51,764 nt of DNA from Halocafeteria seosinensis (Eukaryota). This document shows, piece after piece, positions 22,343 through 33,694 of this stretch; the stretch's first letter is position 1, and every line of letters starts with the position of its first letter. A program made the translations under genes and the position numbers. The notes beneath the pieces were generated by a model. It was not told where the DNA came from and searched no databases. It was given only the letters and a program-made list of their open reading frames with translations. The stretch covers positions 1 through 51,764 of the forward strand of contig LVLI01000031.1 of NCBI GenBank assembly GCA_001687465.1. The letters are read 5' to 3'.

Positions 22343-23977
22343 ATGGGAAGAAGGCCGGTGGCTCATAACATTGGTGGTCGCCTCCATGAGAAAAGGGAGG
22401 CGGCGAAACATGTGGTGATGATGATCTCAGACTTCTTTTATCCACGACTAGGTGGTGTTGAGATGCATATTTGGTCCCTTGCACAATGTTTACTCGATAT
22501 TGGACACAAGGTGGTGGTTGTGACCAACCAGTATGGCAAACGAGCTGGAATACGCTATATGACGAATGGCCTGAAAGTGTATTATACACCGGAACAGCCT
22601 TTTTTTCAGCAGGATTCATTTCCCAGTTTCGTCGGGTTCATACCTTATTTGAGGCAAATTATACTTCGGGAGGGTGTTACAATTGTCCATGGCCATCAAG
22701 CGACCTCGACGATGTGCCATCAAAATCTGATGGTGGCGAAAGTGTTGGGACTCCCGACTGTTTATACAGACCACAGTTTGTACGGCTTCGGCGATTTGGC
22801 GGCTATAAGCGCCAATAAACTCATGAAATTTACGCTTTCCCATGTCGACCATTCCATCTGCGTGTCGCATACATGTCGCGAAAACCTGGTGCTGCGTGCC
22901 AACATCGATCCCCGACGAACGAGCGCAATTCCGAATGCTGTTGACCCACGCCGGTTTACTCCTGATCCCACCGCAAGGTATCCCAAGAATACTATCAACA
23001 TTGTCATGGTTTCTCGACTTGTGTATCGGAAGGGTATTGATTTGGCAGTATGTGTGATACCCGAGATATGTAGGCGCTTTCCCTATGTGCACTTCATTAT
23101 CGGCGGAGATGGACCGAAGAAACTGCTATTAGAAGAAATGCGAGAACGTCACCAGCTGCACAATCGGGTGGAGTTGCTGGGAGCGATCCCACACTCTAAA
23201 GTTCGGGAAACGCTGGTTCGGGGGCACGTTTTCTTGAACTGCAGTTTGACAGAGAGTTTCTGTATAGCCATTCTAGAGGCTGCATCGGCAGGTCTGTTTG
23301 TAGTGTCAACGGAGGTAGGAGGTGTTCCTGAAGTTTTACCTCCGAGCATGATACGACTGGCGTCGGTTAACTCAGCATCGATGGTCGAGGCTATCTCTGA
23401 GTCCATTGCAACGGTTCATGAAGTCGATCCTTTCAAGCTTCATCGGCAACTTCGTGGCATTTACAGTTGGCAGGACGTAGCTCAGCGTACATTAATAGTC
23501 TACGATAAAGTGGGCGCAAGTCCGCCGATGCCTCTTTTGGAATACATTAAGCGAGTTTATGGAGTGGGACGAGTTCAAGGGCTTTTTGCCGTGGCAATGC
23601 TTGTTGTGGTATACATAGCAACTGTGCTGACCGAGTGGTTCCATCCGATGGAGGACATTGAAGTTGCCCCAACATTCCCTAGAGAGAAGTTCTTCGTGAA
23701 ACTGCATAAACTAGGGATACAACAGGAGTACGGTCGAATGCATTCTCGAAGGGTATTTCCGGGAACTGCCGGGGATGTCAGCGATGAAGGCGGAACTTGC
23801 TCAGCAGACCATTCAATTGCTACCCAAGAGTTCTCTGCACATGATGAGTTTGAAGGCCCATCCTATCATCCCGCACCGTTTGATCCTCTTAGCGGGACCC
23901 CGTATGCGCCGATTAATGTCGACGGGGCGTTTATTGGGCGTCTTCCAGGCCAGCAGACAAAGAAAGCCGGTCACTGA
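22343..23977 (+). CDS. PIGA: Phosphatidylinositol N-acetylglucosaminyltransferase catalytic subunit (PIG-A/GPI3)
   Basis: MISDFFYPRLGGVEMHI, GIRYMTNGLKVYY, IVHGHQ, TDHSL, SRLVYRKGIDL, GHVFLNCSLTESFCIAILEAAS and a C-terminal TM helix. Confidence 0.97.
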   Translation: MGRRPVAHNIGGRLHEKREAAKHVVMMISDFFYPRLGGVEMHIWSLAQCLLDIGHKVVVVTNQYGKRAGIRYMTNGLKVYYTPEQPFFQQDSFPSFVGFIPYLRQIILREGVTIVHGHQATSTMCHQNLMVAKVLGLPTVYTDHSLYGFGDLAAISANKLMKFTLSHVDHSICVSHTCRENLVLRANIDPRRTSAIPNAVDPRRFTPDPTARYPKNTINIVMVSRLVYRKGIDLAVCVIPEICRRFPYVHFIIGGDGPKKLLLEEMRERHQLHNRVELLGAIPHSKVRETLVRGHVFLNCSLTESFCIAILEAASAGLFVVSTEVGGVPEVLPPSMIRLASVNSASMVEAISESIATVHEVDPFKLHRQLRGIYSWQDVAQRTLIVYDKVGASPPMPLLEYIKRVYGVGRVQGLFAVAMLVVVYIATVLTEWFHPMEDIEVAPTFPREKFFVKLHKLGIQQEYGRMHSRRVFPGTAGDVSDEGGTCSADHSIATQEFSAHDEFEGPSYHPAPFDPLSGTPYAPINVDGAFIGRLPGQQTKKAGH

Positions 23978-24510
23978 ACTAAATACCCTGTACACACGCC
24001 GTCTACTGAACTTTGAACTTACGTCGAATTAGGGTTGCCTGGCAACGCACATGATGCTTGCGTGCTCCATTTGAAGAAGCGCTGGGTACCTGCGTCGCAG
24101 CAACGTCTCCTGACGGTCAACTGCTGATAACGATGCGTTCCGGAGGTCATAGCAAGCGAGGCAGTTCCTCATATGAGGCCCTGTGTACATGCTTCCGGCG
24201 AAACACTTCATCAACTGCCACCCCAACTCCTGGGGCTCGTGGGCCATGGTTCTCGATGTGTGCCGCTGGTCGTAAAGTTGCGATCTCAGGAGCTCGAGTC
24301 GCTACTTCGCGTTGAAGTCACATGTGAATTTTGGAATTCCGTTACATTCAAGAATTGTGATAGCACTGAATCTAGAGCAGGATCAAGTATATACACTAGA
24401 TGAAGTGGGTTGGAGCCTTTACCTGGAACGCCAAGTGAAAGAATAATCGGATATTAATAAGAGTGGGCATATCTGTGCGTCCCCAGCAATAGTGCGCGCG
24501 GGAAGTAACG

Positions 24511-25893
24511 ATGGACGGAAGAAAGCCGGACGCCATGCATCGGTGGAATGTGGGAAGAGAGCTGGACGACACGCATCGGTGGAATTACTCAGCTCGCAGT
24601 GTAAGAAGGATGGACGCCTTCTCACTCGTGAACAGACAGCGACTAGAGACATGGTACAATGAACTGGAACGGAGATATGACTCAGAGACTCGACAAGGAT
24701 ATCGGCGTGCGCTTGGATTGAACATGCTCACACTGATATTAGATGGAAGGATGTATGGAAGGTTGGTGAACAGAAACTCGTTGTTGTATCATTTGGAAGA
24801 GGCATCGGAATCTGATCTACAATATTTGGAGGAATGCTATCACGTACCACCGTATCCTCTGCGTTGGCACAATGACTCAAGAATAACTTCGTTTATTCGT
24901 CATACCTTCCTTACTCAGGTTTCCCCCTTGAATGACATATTGCGTCTCTGCTCTTGGAACCCTCGAGAGCACACGGAGAATTTTCTGAGGAGAAGCGCGG
25001 CTAATTTAGATATCCCATGGAGGTCTCCTCTCATAAATTGGCAGGAATCGGTTCGGGTGACAACTTCCAGGAAAGTTACTGTATTCATTCGCCGAGCTTG
25101 CAACTATCATGTTCCAGGATATGAGCATTTCTTTCGAACCGGTCCGTTCGATAAGGTGTATATACAGTTCGAGGGGACGGAATGCGGGTGCTGTAGTGGG
25201 CAGTGTTTAAAGGATTGGACCACCAACATTCACTTCTGTCGCAAGAATGCTGGGTTTCATCGTCAGAATCTCAGAGGTGTAAATACTCATAGAGGCTACA
25301 TCGAACGCTTCAAGAAGGAATGGAATGACATTTCGCAAATCTTGACAGAAGTGTGCGGGGAAAACTGGGCAGAACGCGCCAGCGAGTTTCAGCAACGAGA
25401 ACAACTAGCTGTCAAAGGTACAACCTTTATATGTGTGGGTCATAGCCTCGGTGGTGCTCTAGCTCAATTATGTGGGCTCAAACTTCGGGATGCTACTGAT
25501 ACCCACCCAGTTGTGTTTACGCTTAATTCCCCCCGCATATTCGATCACCGAACAGTTACAATGCTGGATAATAATCGAGTTTTCACCCACTACCGGTCTT
25601 ACCATGTTCGGGACGTTATCCAGCGCTGCCCTCCTAGGTGCCTCGGCTTCGAACACTACGCGGATCAAGAAATTCCTATTGGACGTGGCCTTTGTAGAAC
25701 GCACGCTCGAGCAGTAATCACTCTGCACGTCAATGATGCGTTCCACGATTTGAATGAAACGCTGAATGACCATGATGTACCTTTCGGCACCCAGCGCGAG
25801 TTTATCAATCATGTCGTGAACTACACGGATAATCTGGCTAATGCTCTCTACATTAACCGTAGACATACGCAACATTCACGCCGGACTGTCTGA
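24511..25893 (+). CDS. Class-3 lipase-like alpha/beta hydrolase, paralog 1
   Basis: F.GT, HRGY, CVGHSLGGALAQL, TLNSPR and DVIQRCPP..FEH motifs; intronless. Confidence 0.8.
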   Translation: MDGRKPDAMHRWNVGRELDDTHRWNYSARSVRRMDAFSLVNRQRLETWYNELERRYDSETRQGYRRALGLNMLTLILDGRMYGRLVNRNSLLYHLEEASESDLQYLEECYHVPPYPLRWHNDSRITSFIRHTFLTQVSPLNDILRLCSWNPREHTENFLRRSAANLDIPWRSPLINWQESVRVTTSRKVTVFIRRACNYHVPGYEHFFRTGPFDKVYIQFEGTECGCCSGQCLKDWTTNIHFCRKNAGFHRQNLRGVNTHRGYIERFKKEWNDISQILTEVCGENWAERASEFQQREQLAVKGTTFICVGHSLGGALAQLCGLKLRDATDTHPVVFTLNSPRIFDHRTVTMLDNNRVFTHYRSYHVRDVIQRCPPRCLGFEHYADQEIPIGRGLCRTHARAVITLHVNDAFHDLNETLNDHDVPFGTQREFINHVVNYTDNLANALYINRRHTQHSRRTV

Positions 25894-26298
25894 AAGCTCA
25901 TGCCACTACTAGTTGACTCACACAACGAATTGCACTACAACTTGTACAATGGTATGTCAGTACCTGGTACCTGGTACCGTGCTTCGCTTGCTTCATACAC
26001 AGCTGAGCGTAACCCATCCACTATCATTGGGTATATGAAATCACTTGTTCATAACTAAATACGCTCAATTCTCGGATAATTCACCTGGCCAAAAGCTTGC
26101 CGGTACAACTTCTTGCTTCCCAAGACTTCGAGCGAAGTTGAAGTACAACGGTTATAGTCTACATCCTGATGTTCCTCCGTACGTGATCATGTTTGATATA
26201 AAATGGCATTGAGCATATCATATGTTATCCACTCTATCTTATAGGCTGAATGGAAGTGTTGCTGGGTGAGGTGAATGCAGTAAATTATCGACCCAAAC

Positions 26299-28158
26299 AT
26301 GGAAGCCTCGTTCCCTGCCGGAGCTGCTCTCTACGTATCCGAGTGCAATCCTATACTACAGCGTGATTTACATGTAAGGTGGACCATACGTGTTACGAAT
26401 TGATTGAGAGACAATCCATGGGACAGTTGCTTTCTCTTCCTGTGGAATGACCAGATCTTGGCGGATCTAAAGAAAAATGAGCAGACGTATCAGCAAGTGC
26501 GTGCATTCAGGATACTATAAATTGGCGCTTAATGTTTCATCGGTGGCTGGTATGGGCCTCTCTGCAGGTATTTTTCTTACCCGTCGGCGATGATTACCTC
26601 TCTAAATCACAAAGCAAGCACAGGTATCCCGGTTCGGCGACTGCCTTCCAAAGGTACGTCACCAAGGACGACATAGATTCCGTTGTTTGGAATGACGGCG
26701 TGTTATCATGCAGATATCTTCTCTCGCACTTGGCAGTAGATTCTACGTTTTCAGCGGGAAGTAACGTCTTCGTCTCCGGCATGGAAAACTACAATAAACC
26801 GACGTAAGTGCTGGCTGCCACCTTCCAGCTCGAAAGGAGATCACACGCCAAATTTGCGTATGCTTCAGGATTAACAATGCGATTGAAACAATAGCATCGC
26901 TCGGAGTGGAGAACGTAAGCAAAATGATCCACATGGGGATATCGTAGCCGATCCTAACACTCTGCTTCTGGTTCACAGGTTACAATTTGCTGTTCAGCCA
27001 AGATCCAGCGCTTTCTAATAGGTGGAGGCTTTTCTGCAGGGACCCCCTGGTGGGGAGATTGGATCAATCGCCTGCCATCGAAATTCTGGGATGAAGAGAA
27101 ACCAACTGGAGGGCGCTTCGAGACTTCTACTAAATCCGTTTCGTGGCAGGTAATGTCAGATCCTCTAACGGAGGAGCAGAATGATAACCTTTTCACATTC
27201 TTCCAAAGGAATGACCATATTAAACTCCATAAGTATGTTCCAAAGGTTGTCGTCCAGTGCGTGAGAAGATATGGATGGTATGGGTTTAATCTAAGAGACG
27301 CAACATCGAAGATAGCGGGTACGTCGACTAGTGAAACTTTATTTACCGGTTTGACTCAACAAGGAGTTTGTCCCGCACACAGGCTCAAAGTGTTGGACTA
27401 CATTCCAAGCTCTACGAGAAGCCACTGAAAATTCTACGCGAGATGATGTAGCTGTTTCTAGCTCAACATCTAGGATCGCGGTTCTTGGGGGCTCGTTTAA
27501 TCCGATAACATGCGGTCATATTGCTGCTACCAGGTGCCTTCTCGACAACGACCGCATAAATGCCATCCAACTGTTACCATGCGGGCCCCGGCCTGATAAG
27601 AGATCTCTTCAATCGTCCACTTTGGAGAGGTTTCTTTTCTGCTTCGAAGCGATCGAGGAGTTTTTCCCATATAATGTACCCGTTTTCGCTTGTCCACTGG
27701 AGGTTTGGGAGAATGTCGCTGTTGCCTCCGCGGAACTCATCCCAACTTTGCGTAAAACGTTTGGAACACATTTTTCGCTTGTCATAGGATCCGATCTGAT
27801 TGAGTCGCTTCCCAAATGGAGGAATGCCGAAAATCTGACCACTCAGTGCTCCTTCCTGCTCCTTCACCGGGAAGGCGTCAAGAATACGATTGAAGGATGC
27901 GAGAAAAAACTTGAAACTGCCTTAACGTCCTACGCTCGGAAGTCTAGCATGGTAGTCAATGAATCAACTGCCGTCAACGTTTCTTCGACCGAGGTGAAAT
28001 CCATCTTGAACTCCATTATCAAGGAAGACATAGAATGGCGTTCCGGTGAGGCCCAAATAATGTCTAAGTTGTCTGGGCTTGTTCCGTCTACAACAATCCG
28101 TAGACTTGTAGCGTCTTCTGTTCTCTTGCGTGAAGTCCTAAAAGGCAGCAGCACGTAG
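26299..28158 (+). CDS. Tandem NadD/NMNAT-like nucleotidyltransferase (degenerate N domain + intact C domain), 7 exons
   Basis: Exons 26299-26373, 26455-26496, 26568-26653, 26714-26803, 26869-26914, 26979-27318 and 27383-28158 splice in frame. C domain: IAVLGGSFNPITCGH..LLPCGPRPDK..VIGSDLIESLPKW..VSSTEVK..LVP. N domain: ALYVSECNPILQRDLH..VFFLPV..ATAFQRYLLSHLAV..VSGME..YVPKVV..YGWY. Confidence 0.75.
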
Positions 28159-28165
28159 TACTCAG

Positions 28166-30475
28166 TCATGCGTAGCACCGCGGATCTACCTTGTCGTCTA
28201 CCGCGTACTCGTTCCAGATCCTTACTTGCTCTTGGACTTGTTGCCACTCTGGTAGAGAGTAGTCGAGCTCTATGAAGGATGGAACTTCTTTTACGGTTCC
28301 TTCAATCTCCTTTGCTCGCGTGTTTCCTGCTTTTGGTGTGCGAGAGGAGTCATTAAAAGCATCTTTCAAATTGAAGCGGACTGCGTCGATCGCCGAAGCA
28401 TCCACAGGGTTGTCTAGGGAAGGATCATCCAAGTGAGAAAACCGGCTCCCGATTCCTCCCTGCGACATGGATTTTAGGGTACGGATACTGGACTTGGTGC
28501 TATAATTGATCACTCCCATATCATACTGCACACGCGTTTTACTCGTGCGGCTTGGATCAGCTTTCCTTTCGGATTGCACTTTCGAAGAGTCTAGTACTTC
28601 TTTTGATTCGTTCGAGTTGTCCTCTCCTGTGATGAGTTTGTCATATACTCGCTGTATGAGCCTTTCGGGGTGGCACAGCTGACTATTCAGGTTTCTGGTG
28701 GCCTGATCCGTACTAGATGGAATACCCCAAATAGCATGCCCTTCTTTCTTCTCCTCGCCGAATACGTCGCCCCCCACTAACGCGAGCCCCAAAAGACTGA
28801 TCGTAAATTGCGATTGATCCATCGCAACTTCGCTACTCTTTGAAGAGACTTTCGTCGCTTCACTATCGATATTGAAGGCTGAACAGCATCGAGAGAGCCT
28901 TCTAACTTCCTCTGGATCCAAGGACGCCGATAACTCTCCATGATTGGGATAGCTTAAATCTATGACTCTTTCATCGGTTTGGGGATGTAGATTCCACACT
29001 CGGTACATGAGACTTAGGGGAGCTGAAGCGATGATCAAGTGTTTAGCAGCTTGTGGCGAAAAGCCTATGGTACTTGCTGTGAATATTTCAAGTGCTACCT
29101 TCATAGCAATGTGTTTTGGCACGATGTCCTTGGCCTTGAGAAGGTTTATCCAGGAACTGAGGTGTACACGCCCTCCCAACTCGTGCGATGCTTCTTCGTC
29201 CTTCCATCTTATAGTATAATCCACGTCACTAGAGCGTTGTCTTCTTTCGTATGCCCGCTCTACTCCACGGGTCCTTAGTTGGTTGTAAAGGTGCGTTATT
29301 TGGTAGTGCTTTTTCGGATCTGTCAGGAAGGCTGTAACATCGGGACGCAATGCCAGATAGGTCAACGTGGACAGTATATCCGGTCGTATTAGCTCCCACT
29401 CCTTTGACGTAATATTTCGATACATTTGGTGATTTGATGATGTTCTAGTTTGCTTTTCAGCTGAATGGCGCCTCGGTCGTGAAGTTGTGTGTCGAGGAGA
29501 GACCTGCGTCCTGCTTTTTGGGAGCGACACTGAGCGCTGAACGGGGACTTCCCCTTCATGAGACTTTTTCCTCTTTTTGGGATCCAGAGTTCGAGCTCGT
29601 TGACTAACTTCTCCAGTGCTGCGTCTTCCCTTATACCGTAACTTTCGCACTTCGGCTCGACACTTTTCTGCATATGCTTTTCTAACGTTCGCTACACATT
29701 GAGCGTTTTGTTTTTCAATAGAGAGCTTATGAGTTTTGTGTCTCTCTGAACTAGTTCGACTTCCACTTGTACCGTGCGAGACGATTTCCACAGACTGGTC
29801 CACACCCAGTCTTTTGAAATCCTTGATCAAAGTATCCTGCTCTCCCGCCGTTCGTCGAGAGCGCTTGCCGGGCACAGAACCTCTAGTGGGAGTGCCATTC
29901 TTGTGGGTTGGACTCATAGTACCTCTGTTGGGTGTTCTCCTGTTCTTCTCGTGCGGTAAATTCTTGTTGTTTGGGTTTAAACTTGAGCGACGGCTTACAG
30001 CGTTATTCGTCCGCGAAGCCTGCGGAGCAGTTTGGGGTTTCCTGACGCTCATTCCACTTCCATTGCGATACGCTTCCGGTAACGATCCTCTTACGCTTGA
30101 AATCTTTTGCTGCAAGGAATTAAGTGCATTCTGACCACTCATCTGATTACTGTAAGGGCTAGAATGCTGCCTGTTTGTGGCTCCTGTAGAAGAACCTGAA
30201 CTTCCTGTTCTTTTACCATGGTCCGGAAAGGGCTGGGTAGAAACAGCAGGAGAGTTATACATCTCCTGAGAAGTAAACGACAACGTCGAAGACGAATTTG
30301 GGCTCTTTAGAGTCTGCTTGAGAGGGCGAGAGCAGAACTCAATGGGTATATTGTCACCCCATAATTCAGCATTGCTCCCATGAAGTCTAACAGGTTCCCT
30401 TTGATCCAGAGAGGGAGATATGGACGATGTAGATCCTCTACAAGGCATGCTTAGTCTCCTACTTTTGTATGACAT
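28166..30475 (-). CDS. Hypothetical protein, 769 aa, basic S/R-rich N-half and helical C-half
   Basis: Long uninterrupted ORF; no family recognised. Confidence 0.75.
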   Translation of the reverse strand: MSYKSRRLSMPCRGSTSSISPSLDQREPVRLHGSNAELWGDNIPIEFCSRPLKQTLKSPNSSSTLSFTSQEMYNSPAVSTQPFPDHGKRTGSSGSSTGATNRQHSSPYSNQMSGQNALNSLQQKISSVRGSLPEAYRNGSGMSVRKPQTAPQASRTNNAVSRRSSLNPNNKNLPHEKNRRTPNRGTMSPTHKNGTPTRGSVPGKRSRRTAGEQDTLIKDFKRLGVDQSVEIVSHGTSGSRTSSERHKTHKLSIEKQNAQCVANVRKAYAEKCRAEVRKLRYKGRRSTGEVSQRARTLDPKKRKKSHEGEVPVQRSVSLPKSRTQVSPRHTTSRPRRHSAEKQTRTSSNHQMYRNITSKEWELIRPDILSTLTYLALRPDVTAFLTDPKKHYQITHLYNQLRTRGVERAYERRQRSSDVDYTIRWKDEEASHELGGRVHLSSWINLLKAKDIVPKHIAMKVALEIFTASTIGFSPQAAKHLIIASAPLSLMYRVWNLHPQTDERVIDLSYPNHGELSASLDPEEVRRLSRCCSAFNIDSEATKVSSKSSEVAMDQSQFTISLLGLALVGGDVFGEEKKEGHAIWGIPSSTDQATRNLNSQLCHPERLIQRVYDKLITGEDNSNESKEVLDSSKVQSERKADPSRTSKTRVQYDMGVINYSTKSSIRTLKSMSQGGIGSRFSHLDDPSLDNPVDASAIDAVRFNLKDAFNDSSRTPKAGNTRAKEIEGTVKEVPSFIELDYSLPEWQQVQEQVRIWNEYAVDDKVDPRCYA

Positions 30476-30998
30476 GGTAGTGACTTTGCATCTCCCTTAT
30501 TCGACTGGAATATAGCCTTGCCCGTGGCAACGGGCTACAAGTGTACGCCACCACGCTCACAACGAAAAATGGGCTTCCCTAACACCAAACCTGGTGTATC
30601 AAGACGCACAAAGAATAAAGTTTTTGATTTGATCGGATTCATTGTCAACCCAATGCATCGACGGTGGTGTAAAGTAGTAACACAGGGAGTGACCACGGAA
30701 ACGTTGACCAAACCTGCCTCCCCCAGCTATGTTAGTACTTATTCGAAAGAATGCTGGACTTCTCGTTGTTTTCCCCCTATTTCGGGGATCATGCTCTCAT
30801 TTATTTTGGAGACGAAGCTGTAGCTCGTTTGAGGGAAAAGGTAGTGCTGTGATATTTCATGGTTCTGGTCGTAAAACTTCCAGAAACAGTGACTCTCGCG
30901 ACTATGATTAGCGGGGTTTTGCTGTCAAGTTGCTAGTATCAGGAGCTACACTAGAGAGGGACGAAACATCGTGTTACAAGTTCTGGGCTTCCCCCTGT

Positions 30999-31773
30999 TT
31001 AGGAGGAACGAGAGCGAGAGCGATCACGCTTGGATTTGCTTCGTTCCCGACTGCGGCTCCGATTTCTGTCCCTGCTCGATTTATGTTTTCTCTTGTGTTT
31101 CTTTTTATCGTTCTTCTCGCGTTTTCTGCTCTTGCTTCGTTTATGTCGCTTGGATGAGCTCTTTTTCTTCCGCTCTTCAGAAGTGTCGGTATCCGAGGAC
31201 TCCGACTCCGAGCTGCTATCTCGACTTGATCTCTTACTTCTGTGTTTCTTCTTCTTATCTCGCGATTTCTTTTCACTATCGTCCTCGTCTTCCTCCGTAT
31301 CGCTCTCTATAGGGCGAGTACCGAGCACAGTTGCACTACTGGTTCGTGGCTTCTGTTCTTTATGTCGCCGTTTCACATCTTCCTGCAAGTACGTGTGCAT
31401 GTGGACTATGTCCGAGATAAAGAACCTTTCCAAATACGCATGGTTTTGTCACCTTCGGACACTTACTTTGTGTGCTTCCTCCATTCGTCTCTTATATTCA
31501 TCCCCTTTTCTACGCTCCAATTCCTTGAACACAGTATCCCGATAGAGGGCATTCATAGTCCCTGCTTTGTCTTGGGGACCCTTTTCCCGTATACTAGCTC
31601 CATGATCCTGCAGTGTTCTTCAAGGAAAGGGGAGGCTCATACGAGTAAAAGCCCTATGCAACTTGCAAATGTTGTTTATAGAGCAGTAGACTTACCTGTA
31701 AAGGGTGCCGTTTACATAAGCCCGTCCAGCATTGGGCACACGCTTTTGTGCCCTTAGGAGGTGGACGAGACAT
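30999..31773 (-). CDS. RS/KH-rich nuclear-type protein with N-terminal CxxCx4CxxH motif, 3 exons
   Basis: MSRPPPKGTKACAQCWTGLCKRHPLQ | DHGASIREKGP..EEAHK | EDVKRRH..RSRSRERSKSKRDRSRSRSS, with GTAAG donors and CAG acceptors. Confidence 0.75.
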
Positions 31774-32244
31774 GATTTACGACAGGAATCGGAGCTATTA
31801 AAATAGTGTCCAATATGCTAAGTTCTCCAATTCCACCCAATAACAGCAACTGAAGTCCTGGACTCCGGGAAGGCCAGTGAGAAGCTCAATGAGTTCTGAA
31901 ACAAATGATTGCCCCCTGCTGCGAGCTCCGCTGGGAATCCATCCAAAACGTCAGCCAGGTTACGTGACACGACAACGCAGAGGTCACTCGCGGTCTTATA
32001 TGGAAGAATTAGGGAACCTCCGCCTTGGAGTGCGTTTTAGTGCGGTCTGTGTATTGTACTTCGAGTGCATGTACCCCAGTATAGTAGTCGGCGACTACTA
32101 CTAGTCGCCGCTATTTGTGTACTTCACCAGCAGCTCGGCGAAACAGTGATGCCGAATACTTATTAGCAATTGGAGTGAATTGTAATGCCAAGACCGCTTC
32201 GTGTGGCTCATTGTTAACCCGCATACTGGCAACGATATTGTGGA

Positions 32245-33488
32245 ATGTTTTGGAGGATTTGTCGCCGTGTACACGTATTTCATCAATTTCGACAGTGGAA
32301 TCGCACGAACACGATGGCAGCGTCAACCCAATTACAAGGCGCCGGCAAGGATATTTGGTTCGCCCGAACTTTGTTTCCCATCGGCAAACCAACGGACAAT
32401 GAGCCGCGCTTCCGACAGCGTGTGCTGGAAGCTTATCAAGCTCAGCCTCATGTGCTAGAAGAGGTATTCAATATGACAGCAGTTTTGTGTCAAGCTCAGG
32501 ATATTCGTGTTGGATTTGATGGATACAGGAAGGAAATGAGTCCTCCAAGGAGCAATTGGAGGAAGAACGGCAAATGATCCAAGCAATCGAAAGGGGCGAA
32601 GAAGTGGAAATGCTCCTGGATGTGACAATGACAGTGATTCGCCTTCCAGGACACCAACTGCTTCTTCACAGGTACGCTGCGGCAGTGAGGAAGAGGATTT
32701 CACAGAATTAAAATGCTATTGGCTGCATTGTATTTTGGAATACAGTCCCATTCCATTCGATAGGACTCTTGCCCAGGAAATTAGCTGCCTCGGAGACGTG
32801 GCCGGATTGATTGCACCCAACTTGAATCATTATCTATTTGTTCCGGAATGGGCGAACCACTTTCGTTCCGCCAATGTGTACCACACCCCTCCGGCAGGGG
32901 GGACCTCTTTGGCGGAGAAATTCAAAGAATTTGTCGATCCAAAGAGACTGATCGATTTAGGAAGCATGAAGGAAGGTTTCGAAGACGTTGAGTATAGGCT
33001 ATTGGAAGGTGCTCCTCTCAATTTCAACGAGACGGTATTCTTTCATCGACCTTCAGAAACTCTGATCACCTCAGACGCATTTTACGGCGGATACAAACCG
33101 GAAGACCCTCATCTTTCCTGGTTCTGCAGAGTATGAGATACCTATGCCAATGTTAGTCTTTTTCTTGAACATTAACTTGTTTTGCAGATGTGGTTCAAAC
33201 TGATGAAAGGAAGTTGGAAGAATAATGAACTCCCTGTTTACCGAGCGTCGCAGGTAAAAGAAGGTGGAGATATCGAGGTATGATATATCGTGAGTAGCCG
33301 AAGGCCTGTGCTAGAGACTTGGTGAACTTGCGTTCTCTTCCTTACTGTGCGAACAGGCTGTTCATAATTCCATCAAATCGATGACCCAGGACTGGCCATT
33401 CTCTCAAATAATTTGTGCACATGGCACCAACCCGTACACGACCAACCCCAAGGATTCTTTCCAAATGCCTTGGCTCGCTTTTAAATGA
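32245..33488 (+). CDS. DUF4336 (metallo-beta-lactamase-like) protein, 5 exons, possible mitochondrial presequence
   Basis: Introns 32464-32528, 32672-32745, 33131-33187 and 33278-33356 give MTVIRLPGHQLLLHSP..LGDV..IAPNLNHYLFVPEW..ETVFFHRPSETLITSD..WPFSQIICAHG. Confidence 0.8.
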
Positions 33489-33694
33489 GTAAACGTAAGA
33501 GTAGTATCGTGTGCGTCTCTTCAAACAGAAAAATTCGCCTCCTTAACAATGTAATACAGTTTTGCAACTGCTCCACCCCTCATCATGGACTGTTCAGGTT
33601 TTCGTCTGTTTGATTGCGTTCCAGTGCTCTAAAACTGTTGAGGTGAGGAGGCACGGTCCAACGTACGACACTCATGTCTTCAACCGAGTCTATT

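Noticed and set aside
31030..31757. Leu/Phe-rich + strand ORFs resembling membrane proteins
   Set aside because: Antisense of the K/R/S-rich gene.
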